From: Minisyncoccota bacterium
GTDB lineage: Bacteria; Patescibacteriota; Minisyncoccia; Phycocordibacterales; UBA9973
DNA: 64,000 bases
Direction: 5' to 3'
NCBI GenBank assembly: GCA_017991515.1
Contig: JAGOQI010000003.1
Location: 5,921 to 69,920, forward strand
Part shown: positions 1 to 8,650 of the stretch, piece after piece
Layout: each line of letters starts with the position of its first letter
Position numbering within the stretch: position 1 is the first letter of the stretch
The notes under the pieces: generated by a model
Databases searched by the model: none
Told to the model about the DNA's origin: nothing
The model's input: only the letters and a program-made list of their open reading frames with translations
Program-made: the position numbers and the translations under genes

Positions 1-75
1 GATATCTTTGGATAGCGGCTATTATTAGTCTTTTAGTATTAGAGAAGCTCAGTCGTATCCCCAAGGAAAAAGAAC

Positions 76-104
76 TGCACACTGATTAAAATTAATGCTA
101 CAAT
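76..104 (+). promoter_or_regulatory. candidate sigma70-like promoter for the Hsp20 gene (-35 TGCACA 76-81, 17-bp spacer, -10 TACAAT 99-104); the ATG at 111 is only ~7 nt downstream, so the mRNA would be leaderless
   Basis: hexamers read directly from the sequence; no Shine-Dalgarno between the -10 and the start codon. Confidence 0.3.
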
Positions 105-110
105 ATATTT

Positions 111-620
111 ATGAAAAAGAGATCATTTTTTGAAAGATTAGCAGGTAACCTTAGGTTTGATGATAATGAAGAAGAAGAGGTACAAATATCTAAAAAAGAT
201 ATGTCTGTACAAGGAGGAGAATCTAAAAATGGAATTTTAGAAGTTGAACATTTAGACAAGAAAATAGTATCTGAAGAACAAAAAGAAGAAGTCGGTGAGC
301 TACCTGTAGATGTTTATGAAACTCAAAATGAAATAATTATTCAAACTCTTATTGCGGGTGTTCTGCCTGATAACCTGTCTATTTCAATCACTCGTGATAT
401 GGTTACTATCAAAGGTAAAAGAGAAGAAAACAAATCTATATCTTCTGACCAATATGTTATTAAAGAGCTTTATTGGGGTAGCTTTGCTCGTACTGTACAA
501 CTTCCTGAAGAAGTAGAGATAGACACTTCAGAAGCTATAGAGCGACACGGTATGTTAATGATCAAACTTCCAAAGACTGACCGTGGACGAAAAACTGTTT
601 TAAAAATAAAGTCTATATAA
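111..620 (+). CDS. small heat-shock protein, Hsp20/alpha-crystallin family
   Basis: 169 aa; alpha-crystallin domain signature (..VDVYETQNEIIIQTLIAGV..ISITRDMVTIKGKRE..YVIKELYWGSFARTVQLPEEVE..); followed by a hairpin terminator. Confidence 0.85.
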   Translation: MKKRSFFERLAGNLRFDDNEEEEVQISKKDMSVQGGESKNGILEVEHLDKKIVSEEQKEEVGELPVDVYETQNEIIIQTLIAGVLPDNLSISITRDMVTIKGKREENKSISSDQYVIKELYWGSFARTVQLPEEVEIDTSEAIERHGMLMIKLPKTDRGRKTVLKIKSI

Positions 621-625
621 ATCAA

Positions 626-657
626 AAATACCACCTACTAAATTGGTGGTATTTTTG
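626..657 (+). terminator. intrinsic terminator after the hsp20 gene (ataccacc-loop-ggtggtat + T-run)
   Basis: perfect 8-bp stem followed by TTTTTG. Confidence 0.6.
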
Positions 658-664
658 TATATTG

Positions 665-737
665 TGCTCAGGACCAGACTTGAACTGGTGACATCTCCCT
701 CTTCAGGGGAGCGCTCTACCAACTGAGCTACCTGAGC
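665..737 (-). tRNA. tRNA-Phe (anticodon GAA)
   Basis: 73-nt cloverleaf GCTCAGGTAGCTCAGTTGGTAGAGCGCTCCCCTGAAGAGGGAGATGTCACCAGTTCAAGTCTGGTCCTGAGCA with all four stems perfectly paired and anticodon loop CTGAAGA. Confidence 0.9.
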
Positions 738-787
738 ATTTGTTTTTATGCTAGTTTTTATATTTGGTAATGATATTCGAATTGTGA

Positions 788-967
788 GGACGCTACAACT
801 GAGCTACCTGAGCAAGTGAGGAGTAATTGCAAACTTGTTTGCATATTATCCGAACGCAGCTCAGGAAAGCTTGCTTACCTGAGCAAACATTCTATTGTTT
901 GCTTACTATTTATTTATGTGACTCAGGAAAGATTTTCTTACTTGAGCAACACTCTACTTGGTTTTTT
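788..967. repeat. decayed tRNA-Phe 5'-half copy (788-814) plus two ~43-nt direct repeats (858-900, 921-967), each containing an acceptor-stem-derived palindrome (gctcagg...cctgagc)
   Basis: ggacgctacaactgagctacctgagca matches the genuine tRNA region 709-739; the motif acctgagca/acttgagca recurs 4 times within 730-945. Confidence 0.6.
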
Positions 968-968
968 T

Positions 969-1268
969 CTACTGACTCTCCTGCCCCTTCAACTGACTGA
1001 TAATATCATTGATACTACCAAAGTCAGCAAATGAACTTTTTATTTGCTCTTGGCTGTTTTGAACACCAGTATATGTTTCAACCAATTGATTTAAATATGG
1101 TTGGATATAATAAAAAGCACCAAAAGTAGCTAAGAGAATTATGGTCCAATAAAAGATTTTAAAGAGTTGACTGTTCTTTTGAACACGCCTTATTCTAGTT
1201 AGAATCTCAGTGTTCTTTTCTAGCTTCTCCTCAATACTCTTTAAACGAGCGTCTATGTTTGGATCCAT
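969..1268 (-). CDS. hypothetical small membrane protein (one predicted TM helix, coiled-coil N-terminus)
   Basis: 99-aa ORF with hydrophobic segment FYWTIILLATFGAFYYI; no recognisable family. Confidence 0.45.
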   Translation of the reverse strand: MDPNIDARLKSIEEKLEKNTEILTRIRRVQKNSQLFKIFYWTIILLATFGAFYYIQPYLNQLVETYTGVQNSQEQIKSSFADFGSINDIISQLKGQESQ

Positions 1269-1299
1269 GAAGTTATAATATCACAAATAGCTATAAAAT

Positions 1300-1893
1300 C
1301 TAGCTCTTTTTAATAAACTTTTTTGATAAGAAAACAGCCAAAGGGGTAAGTACTGAAGCACTAATCATAAGCCCAAAACCGATATATTCTATATGGGCAA
1401 CATCAATATATTTCGCCAAAAAATATCCCAAGGTCGTTACAATAGATCCCCAAAGCATAGCTCCGAGTAAAGAAAAAGCTACAAATTTTTTATAGTTCAT
1501 CCGACTTGCTCCTGCTAAAAAAGGAGCAATGGTTCTCACTATAGGTACAAATCTAGACAAAACAACCGTTAAAGACCCAAATTTTTTATAAAAATTTTCT
1601 GTTCTTACAACATATTTATCAGGTATCCTTTTTAATAGTTCTACAGAATGACGCTTATCTCTAACTAATTTTCCAAGGTGGTAACCTAAAAGATTTCCAA
1701 AAAATCCAGCGATTATTATTACAGGGACAATAAATCCCAATGATATTATTCCTTGAAAAGACATTAACCCTAATGTAAAAAGCAGAGTATCTCCTGGTAA
1801 AAAGAAAAAAGCAACAACACCTGTCTCAGCAAAAACTATACCAAATGTTATTAGGTAAATAATAGATTCAGAATATGAGGTAAGTGCTTGCAT
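1300..1893 (-). CDS. DedA/SNARE-associated family inner-membrane protein
   Basis: 197 aa; multi-TM; DedA-type motifs (GYHLGK..., RFVPIVRTIAPFLAGASRMNYKKF). Confidence 0.75.
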   Translation of the reverse strand: MQALTSYSESIIYLITFGIVFAETGVVAFFFLPGDTLLFTLGLMSFQGIISLGFIVPVIIIAGFFGNLLGYHLGKLVRDKRHSVELLKRIPDKYVVRTENFYKKFGSLTVVLSRFVPIVRTIAPFLAGASRMNYKKFVAFSLLGAMLWGSIVTTLGYFLAKYIDVAHIEYIGFGLMISASVLTPLAVFLSKKFIKKS

Positions 1894-1902
1894 ATATTTT
1901 TG

Positions 1903-1974
1903 TGCCCTCAGTAGGAATCGAACTTACATCTTACCCTTAGGACGGGTCTGCTCTATCCATTGAGCTATGGGGGC
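1903..1974 (-). tRNA. tRNA-Arg (anticodon CCT); three non-Watson-Crick pairs (C5.A68, G27.A43, A52.C62), so possibly a weak-scoring or pseudo tRNA
   Basis: GCCCCCATAGCTCAATGGATAGAGCAGACCCGTCCTAAGGGTAAGATGTAAGTTCGATTCCTACTGAGGGCA; D-arm and T-loop (TTCGATT) canonical. Confidence 0.55.
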
Positions 1975-1978
1975 TATT

Positions 1979-2218
1979 TTATGCAGCCTTAGAAAGTAAT
2001 TCTTCTAACATTTTTTCTTGGAAACCAACCAAAACAGTGTCGTCAACACGAATAACAGGAACACCTAGTTGGCCAGAGAGCTCAATCATTTCCTTTCTTT
2101 TTTCAGCGTCAGCACCAACGTTGTGTTCTGTATAAGCAATATTATGCTCTTTAAAATACTGCTTTGCTAATTGGCAGTAATGACATGACTCTGTACTATA
2201 AATTGTAACTTCTTTCAT
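1979..2218 (-). CDS. glutaredoxin-like / NrdH-type small thiol-disulfide oxidoreductase
   Basis: 79 aa; N-terminal CHYC (CxxC) redox motif in thioredoxin-fold context (VTIYSTESCHYCQLAKQYF...GVPVIRVDD). Confidence 0.8.
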   Translation of the reverse strand: MKEVTIYSTESCHYCQLAKQYFKEHNIAYTEHNVGADAEKRKEMIELSGQLGVPVIRVDDTVLVGFQEKMLEELLSKAA

Positions 2219-2261
2219 ATTGTATTCTCAGCTATCTTAATATGTCTTTATTATAACACGA

Positions 2262-2660
2262 CTACTTTAAACCTAAACCTCTTTTAATACTATCCCAAAA
2301 CCTTCTTAAAGCCGGCTTTTTTGTTGGTAAAGGCTCAGCTTCTTCCTTTTTTGTAACCACTATGATTCCTTCGCCTGGTTTGACCAGTCTATATTTATCT
2401 CGGAATATATACTCTTGTCCTTCTGGAGTTTCTATATATTCATTTACTTCACTAAGAGTTTGTTTTTTTTGTTTTAAACTTACCTCTTCCTCTTTTAGTT
2501 CTTTTATTTGTTCTCTTATTTTCTTATGCTTAGAAAAAAGCCCTATAACAGAAGACAGTATAAGCGCGAAAATAACCACTGAAACAATCCATTTCAATAT
2601 TAACTTAGGTCCTATTAACCTACTTTTATCGGTTTTTTTTGATGGTTGTATTTCGGGCAT
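2262..2660 (-). CDS. septum formation initiator, FtsB/DivIC-like
   Basis: 132 aa; single N-terminal TM, then coiled coil (IREQIKELKEEEVSLKQKKQTL) and the conserved C-terminal EYIE..AR.....KPGE motif. Confidence 0.65.
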   Translation of the reverse strand: MPEIQPSKKTDKSRLIGPKLILKWIVSVVIFALILSSVIGLFSKHKKIREQIKELKEEEVSLKQKKQTLSEVNEYIETPEGQEYIFRDKYRLVKPGEGIIVVTKKEEAEPLPTKKPALRRFWDSIKRGLGLK

Positions 2661-2782
2661 AGCTTATGATAGGATAACTATATGTTTAATAATAACAGAA
2701 AAAAAGCCTCTTTGGGATCTAAAATCTTCGCTATCATAATGATTATCCTGCTAGTGATAATGTTTACTCCTGGAATCTTTAG

Positions 2783-4576
2783 TTAGGCCCTATCTCTCAT
2801 CACTTTGATGAATACTTCATGAGGAACATTTACAGATGCATGTTCTCGCATCTTTTTCTTACCTTTCTTTTGTTTATCTAAAAGTTTGTTTTTACGACTA
2901 ACATCACCTCCATATAAATGACCTGTAACATCTTTTCGAAAGGCTTTTAGAGTTCTTGAGGCAATAATCCTTCCTAAAGCTTTGGCCTGTATCTTCATTA
3001 CCACTTGCTGTCTTGGCATAATAGCTTCAAGTTTATCAACAAACTTCTCTGCTTCTTCTTGCATTCTTCGACGGGATATTATTCGAGTGAAGGCATGCAT
3101 TGGTTCGTCCCCCATTACTATATCCATTCGGATAACATCAGCATCTTTGAGTTCGCTACCGTCATAAGAAACAGAAGCGTATCCTGAAGTTATACTTTTT
3201 AATTCATCAAAAAATCCTCTCATAAGTTCTCTAAGCGGAACAGTGAAGTGTATTCTAGAGCGACTATCTCCAAATTGCTCTATTTCTCCAAGCTCGGCTT
3301 CATGCTCGTATAAAAATGGCATAAGTGCACCTACAAACTCTAGTGGAGTAATGATTGCAGCATTAACCCATGGCTCAGAAACTTTTATTACTGTCCCATC
3401 GTCTGGAAATAAGTGTGGAGAATAAACAGTTTTTTTCTCACCATTTTTTAGAAAAACTTCATAAGTAATAGATGGTAAAGTTACAATAAGTTCAATATTA
3501 AACTCCCGACGAAGTCTCTCGGTAATTATTTCTAAGTGAAGCATTCCCAAAAAACCGCAACGATACCCTCTTCCTAGGGCGCCAGAGACTTCTTCTTCAT
3601 AAGAAAAAGCGCTGTCTGAAAGTCGCAGTCTAGCTAAAGCCATACGGAGTTCATCAAAGTCGTCCTGACTCTCTGGATAAACAGATGCCCAAACTACTGG
3701 GCTAGGTTGTTGATACCCCAAAAGGTTTTTTGTTGCCTTTTTTGGATCAATAATAGTATCTCCAACAGAAGCCACACCTGGCTGTTTAATACCAGTGACA
3801 ATATAGCCAATTTGTCCAGATTCAAGATTTGGAGTTGCCATTTCATGAGGCATAAAAACTCCAACATCAAGTACTTGGAATGATTGTTTGGCCGCAGCAA
3901 AAGCTAATGTATCTCCTTTTTTAATACTACCTGAGAACATTCGAACAAAAACAATAACACCTTTGTGATTAGAATAACTAAAATCAAAAACAAGAGCTTG
4001 CGGATCTTTATCTATACTTTCTTTTGGATTTGGAATTTTTTCAATGATTGTATTTAAAAGTTCTGGTACACCTTCACCTGTTTTACCAGAAACTTTTATA
4101 ACTTCATTTTCATCACAACCAAGCAATGAGCATATTTCAAGTGTTGTTTCTTCGACGCGAGACAAAGGAGAATCTACTTTTGTTAAAACTGGAATAATAA
4201 CAAGACCAGACTCTTTCGCCATACCAAGGGTTGTTAAAGTTTGAGCCTGAACACCTTGAGTTGAGTCTACTAGTAAAAGTGAGCCTTCTACAGCTTTGAG
4301 GGCTCTTGAGACCTCATAGGAGAAGTCTATGTGTCCAGGAGTGTCGATAAGGTTAAGTATATATTCTTGCCCTGAAACATTATATTTCATCCGTACAGGC
4401 TGCATTTTGATAGTAATACCTCGTTCTCTTTCAAGCTCCATAGAATCCAGCACTTGATCCTTCATTTTACGAGCTTCTATAGTGCCTGTTACTTCAAGCA
4501 TTCGGTCAGCCAAAGTACTTTTACCGTGATCAATATGGGCAATAATAGAGAAATTTCTTATATGTTTTAGTTCCAT
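2783..4576 (-). CDS. lepA: elongation factor 4 (LepA), translational GTPase
   Basis: 597 aa; G1 AHIDHGKST, DTPGHIDF, LepA-specific C-terminal domain. Confidence 0.95.
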   Translation of the reverse strand: MELKHIRNFSIIAHIDHGKSTLADRMLEVTGTIEARKMKDQVLDSMELERERGITIKMQPVRMKYNVSGQEYILNLIDTPGHIDFSYEVSRALKAVEGSLLLVDSTQGVQAQTLTTLGMAKESGLVIIPVLTKVDSPLSRVEETTLEICSLLGCDENEVIKVSGKTGEGVPELLNTIIEKIPNPKESIDKDPQALVFDFSYSNHKGVIVFVRMFSGSIKKGDTLAFAAAKQSFQVLDVGVFMPHEMATPNLESGQIGYIVTGIKQPGVASVGDTIIDPKKATKNLLGYQQPSPVVWASVYPESQDDFDELRMALARLRLSDSAFSYEEEVSGALGRGYRCGFLGMLHLEIITERLRREFNIELIVTLPSITYEVFLKNGEKKTVYSPHLFPDDGTVIKVSEPWVNAAIITPLEFVGALMPFLYEHEAELGEIEQFGDSRSRIHFTVPLRELMRGFFDELKSITSGYASVSYDGSELKDADVIRMDIVMGDEPMHAFTRIISRRRMQEEAEKFVDKLEAIMPRQQVVMKIQAKALGRIIASRTLKAFRKDVTGHLYGGDVSRKNKLLDKQKKGKKKMREHASVNVPHEVFIKVMRDRA

Positions 4577-4620
4577 AAATGTGACAAAACTATACCATAT
4601 AAAGGGTTTTTTGAGAAAAA

Positions 4621-6306
4621 TTACAAATCAGATTGTTCAGGAACTATCACTTTTTGTTTCCAGAATTTTGATTTTACAGTTTCAATAAATAGCCAGATAT
4701 CTTCATTTTTAAGACCTATTAAAACTATAGCGTAAATAAATAATCCGAAAAGTCCGGCTATTAAACCTTGAAGGAAAACTCCTAAAAATCTAGCTTGATC
4801 AACACCAATACTTATAAATGACAACAATATATAAATACCTGTAGCGGCTATAATACTAGCACTAAGTGTTTGAAATAATGTTTTTTTAATATCATGCTTA
4901 TTTGGTAAATCTGAATTATCTTTATGGAATCTTTTCCAAAGCATTAAAGCATTAGTGATTTGTCCTATTGAAAAACCAAGAGGGAGAAGTAGAACAGAAA
5001 CTCCAGCAACCCCATCAACACGAAGCAATGTTATTATAAACTCTTGAAATGAAGGATTCCATTTAAATAAGGCTAGTAATCCCCCTGTTGAAAATATTGT
5101 TACAAGCATTCCAATAAGATTTATCTTTACTGGTGTTTTAGTATTTCCTTGTGCATAAAATCCTCGAACTAAAAGAAGTATCATACTTTGAGCTGCAATA
5201 GATATAGAAAAAAGCGCTAAGGCTCCTGCAACCAATCTCGTATCATTCCAAGAAAAAACTCCTCCACCTAATAAAACTCTGACTATCTGAGCTCGCAAAA
5301 CTATAAAAAATAATGTACACGGTATAGCAAAAAATAAAATATTTCTTGTAGCTCTATGAATAAGAGATAAAAATTCCTCTCTCTTTTTTTCTTCAAAAAG
5401 TCTTGTGAGTGTTGGGAATGCAGCTACAGCATAAGATATACCAACTATCATTAGTGGTGTTGTCTGGATGTTGTAAGAAAGTTGAAAAACTGATATAGAC
5501 CCAACTACCAATAAAGAAGCTATAGCGCTCATTGCTAAAAACATAAAATTATTTATAGACAAACCTAATGTTCTAGGGAGCGATTGTTTTATGACTTTTT
5601 TTATCATACCCCAATCAATATTTGAAATAAATTTTGGAAAATGACTAACTGAAAGCAAAGAAGGTATTTGTATCAAAACATGCATAAATGCACCAAAGAT
5701 AACCCCAAATATTATTCCGAGTATTCCCATTTTAGGATAAAGAAACACTATACCTAAAACTATACCTATATTGTAAAGAAGTGGAGCTATAGCAAAAGAC
5801 AAAAACTTTCTTTTTACTTGAGTAAAAGCACTAAACAAGCTCGATAAGCCAAAAAGTATTGGGGAGAGTAACATTACTCTGGTGTATAAAACCAAATCAG
5901 TATGTTGAGAAACTGAGAACCCTGGAGAAATTAAGTGTGACAAAAATGGCATTAATATAAATGCTATAGCTGAAATTATAAACATCCCCAAAAAATAAGC
6001 AGATAAAAGTGAATTAGAAAATCTTTCTGTTTCATCTTTGTCTCCTTTTTTTATATAAGAAGTTATAAACGGTATAAGAACTGTAACAGAGAAAAGTGAA
6101 GCTACAGCATTGTACAAAAAATCAGGAACGCGAAAGGCTGCATAATAGACATCCAGTGGAGCTGACGGTCCAACAACAGAAGCCAAAAAACGATCACGAA
6201 AAAGACCTACTAATTGTGATAAAACAGAGAAAACAGCAAGAACCAGGGCTGCCTGGTTCATGTTGGTTATATCTTTATTTAAAAACTTTAGTATCTTTGA
6301 AACCAT
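4621..6306 (-). CDS. murJ: lipid II flippase MurJ (MviN family)
   Basis: 561 aa; ~14 TM segments; MurJ N-terminal region (..RDRFLASVVGPSAPLDVYYAAFRVPDFLYN..). Confidence 0.8.
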   Translation of the reverse strand: MVSKILKFLNKDITNMNQAALVLAVFSVLSQLVGLFRDRFLASVVGPSAPLDVYYAAFRVPDFLYNAVASLFSVTVLIPFITSYIKKGDKDETERFSNSLLSAYFLGMFIISAIAFILMPFLSHLISPGFSVSQHTDLVLYTRVMLLSPILFGLSSLFSAFTQVKRKFLSFAIAPLLYNIGIVLGIVFLYPKMGILGIIFGVIFGAFMHVLIQIPSLLSVSHFPKFISNIDWGMIKKVIKQSLPRTLGLSINNFMFLAMSAIASLLVVGSISVFQLSYNIQTTPLMIVGISYAVAAFPTLTRLFEEKKREEFLSLIHRATRNILFFAIPCTLFFIVLRAQIVRVLLGGGVFSWNDTRLVAGALALFSISIAAQSMILLLVRGFYAQGNTKTPVKINLIGMLVTIFSTGGLLALFKWNPSFQEFIITLLRVDGVAGVSVLLLPLGFSIGQITNALMLWKRFHKDNSDLPNKHDIKKTLFQTLSASIIAATGIYILLSFISIGVDQARFLGVFLQGLIAGLFGLFIYAIVLIGLKNEDIWLFIETVKSKFWKQKVIVPEQSDL

Positions 6307-6312
6307 AGATTT

Positions 6313-8628
6313 CTATTGTTTTTCTTCTGTGGATGTTTGAACTACCGGAGTCGTAGTTGTCTGAATCCGTTTTATCTGATCTTCTATTCCTTCTAGTTTA
6401 GGAAAACGAGCTTGTAAAGATTTTAATTCTTCAATAGCTTTAGCACGATCACCAGAAGCTTCTAGTGTCTGAATATAAGGTATATAACTATTAGGATCGT
6501 TTGGTGCTAGTATTTTGAGTCTAGCAAATGCTTCTAGCGCTAACGAATAATTTTTAGCTTCCAGATACACATTTCCAAGAAGAATAAAACCTTGACTATC
6601 AAAAGGAGCGATTGTTGTATATTTTACAAGTTCATTTTTTATAGCTTGAGATTCACCTTGAGATTGTTTAATTTGACCTCGTAATATAAACGCTTCTAGA
6701 TAATCAGGTTTCAATACAATAGCTTTCTCTATTTCTTCCAAAGCTAAGGTTGTATTTTTTTCTATCAAAGCTATTCGGGCGTTATTGATTGCATATAGAG
6801 GGTTATTTGGATTTCTCTTCTGCGCTTCAAAAGCAGAATCTTTAATATTCTTAATAGCTTCTGCGTTGGTTGAATCAGCTATAAGCTGGTAAACCTGACT
6901 TAAGGCGAGCCAATTATCTGCACTACTTTTATCTAATGCTACAGCTGCTTGAGCACTTTGTTCTGCTTGAGTAAATAATGTCTGAAGCTCTGTTTTATCT
7001 GGACTTTCTTTTGATGCAAGAGTGTTAAATTGATTAACAAATAAAGATGTACGGGCTCTAAAGTAAATATCATTTTGTGATAAACCTATAGCTTTATCTA
7101 TATTTACTTGTGCTGAAGGAAAGTCAGCAGAAGTTAGTGCTTTATTATAATAAATAATACTAGCAAATTTATTACCTGTGAAATAAACAGCTGAGAATCC
7201 CACCATACTTGAAACAACTAATATCAAAATGGCAAAGAAGCTCATCCTAGGATCTTTTAGATAATCAATTGAGACTACTCTAGTTTTACCAAGCAAAGAC
7301 GAAACTCCAAACAAAAGACCTATATAGATAAAACCAAACATCACTAAAACTATTCCCGGAGAGGCAAAGAAAAATAGTATGGTCAATGCGAGTGTCATTA
7401 TTAATGATGACACAGCGATAAATCTAGTAAATCTATCTGGAAATTTATAATTAAATAGTTTAAATCCATGGATAAGAGAGAATACTAGGACAGCAATAAG
7501 AGCAAGTACCGGCAGAATTCCATTTGTTGTTACTAATGATTGAATCAGATTTGAACCTGAATCAAAAGGAGAATTCCAAAATACTGTGCTGTTTATAGCG
7601 GTTGGGTGGTATTGATTCCACATACTCGAGTAACCTCCTGCTCCACTACCTAGTATTGGATCTTTATACAAAGCTTGGCGCATAACAGTTGTTGTAGTAG
7701 AGAAAGAAGGTCTGACATCAGAAAACGAAACACCAACTGATCTAGAGATAAAGGCACCTATAGTAGCACTACTTAAGAAGAAGAATAATCCTACCAAAAG
7801 AGAAATTAATGACATCAAAGGAAACTGACTCTTCTCTTCCTTCAGTGGTTCTGACTCTGGTATTTCTACTAATCTTGAATTTAGAGATCTCTCTACTGAA
7901 GACTTGTAGACAAAAACAACGAGAGAAGAAATTATAGTCACAATCCAAGCTGTTTTAAAGTTAAGAAATACAAGTGCTACTAAACTTATAACCATAGTAG
8001 TAAAAGATAATACTTTAAAGATACCTTTAGGTATTAATACTTCATACATAAGAAGAGCTAGTAAAAATACAAAAGTAACAAAATAAGTAAAGTCTACCCA
8101 AGAACCAACAAGTGTTCCTTGATTTGCAACATGTCCTAAGTATTTTGAGACAAAAGGTACTCTTTGAGAAACATAAAGTATAAATTGTAAAAATACAGTA
8201 ATAGCTGCTCCTGAAAAAGTAACTAAAAACAACTTCACCAGTCTTTTTTGGTCACGGGCAAATGTCGCTACCATAAAAACAAACAATGATAAAACTAATG
8301 TTGTAGAGAATGAATCAAAAACAAATCCTTTACCCCAAAGAGATATAGCGGGATTTACAGCTGTAAAAGCACTGATCAGAGAAAGTACTGACCAAACACC
8401 AAGAGCAAGTAATGCTGGAGATTTTGGAAACTTAACAGACCCTACAATAAATTGACCTATAAGCCAGATAGAAACTGCTACAAAAACTCCGATATATAAA
8501 ATAAAACCCTTTACCATTGCTCCTCCTCCTATGGTTGCAGGTAAAAAGATAATTGGTAAAAGAGCACAAAGTCCGGCCACAATAGCGAAAGAAATATTAT
8601 TAAACTTAGTTACAATTTTTTGATACAT
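6313..8628 (-). CDS. O-antigen ligase-like (Wzy_C) polytopic membrane protein with C-terminal TPR repeats
   Basis: 771 aa; ~12 TM N-terminal half with a Wzy_C-type loop (..ALYKDPILGSGAGGYSSMW..); C-terminal ~300 aa of TPR-like repeats (..LALEAFARLKILAPNDPNSYIPYIQTLEASGDRAKAIEELK..). Confidence 0.7.
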   Translation of the reverse strand: MYQKIVTKFNNISFAIVAGLCALLPIIFLPATIGGGAMVKGFILYIGVFVAVSIWLIGQFIVGSVKFPKSPALLALGVWSVLSLISAFTAVNPAISLWGKGFVFDSFSTTLVLSLFVFMVATFARDQKRLVKLFLVTFSGAAITVFLQFILYVSQRVPFVSKYLGHVANQGTLVGSWVDFTYFVTFVFLLALLMYEVLIPKGIFKVLSFTTMVISLVALVFLNFKTAWIVTIISSLVVFVYKSSVERSLNSRLVEIPESEPLKEEKSQFPLMSLISLLVGLFFFLSSATIGAFISRSVGVSFSDVRPSFSTTTTVMRQALYKDPILGSGAGGYSSMWNQYHPTAINSTVFWNSPFDSGSNLIQSLVTTNGILPVLALIAVLVFSLIHGFKLFNYKFPDRFTRFIAVSSLIMTLALTILFFFASPGIVLVMFGFIYIGLLFGVSSLLGKTRVVSIDYLKDPRMSFFAILILVVSSMVGFSAVYFTGNKFASIIYYNKALTSADFPSAQVNIDKAIGLSQNDIYFRARTSLFVNQFNTLASKESPDKTELQTLFTQAEQSAQAAVALDKSSADNWLALSQVYQLIADSTNAEAIKNIKDSAFEAQKRNPNNPLYAINNARIALIEKNTTLALEEIEKAIVLKPDYLEAFILRGQIKQSQGESQAIKNELVKYTTIAPFDSQGFILLGNVYLEAKNYSLALEAFARLKILAPNDPNSYIPYIQTLEASGDRAKAIEELKSLQARFPKLEGIEDQIKRIQTTTTPVVQTSTEEKQ

Positions 8629-8650
8629 ATACTTTTTATTATAACGCTTT

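Noticed and set aside
816-1034. 72-aa plus-strand ORF
   Set aside because: Lies entirely within the tRNA-fragment/hairpin repeat region and overlaps the 3' end of the 969-1268 minus gene; low-complexity, no start context; treated as non-coding
660-1980. Possible integrated mobile element at the tRNA-Phe / tRNA-Arg loci
   Set aside because: No integrase, recombinase or transposase ORF and no full-length direct repeat of a tRNA 3' end; the intervening genes (DedA, small membrane protein) look chromosomal
2362-2739. 125-aa plus-strand ORF
   Set aside because: Antisense to the FtsB/DivIC-like gene, which has clear TM + coiled-coil architecture; Ser/Phe/Cys-rich translation typical of an antisense frame in AT-rich DNA
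2982-4244. several 60-68-aa ORFs inside lepA (both strands)
   Set aside because: All nested within the well-supported lepA reading frame; no independent motifs
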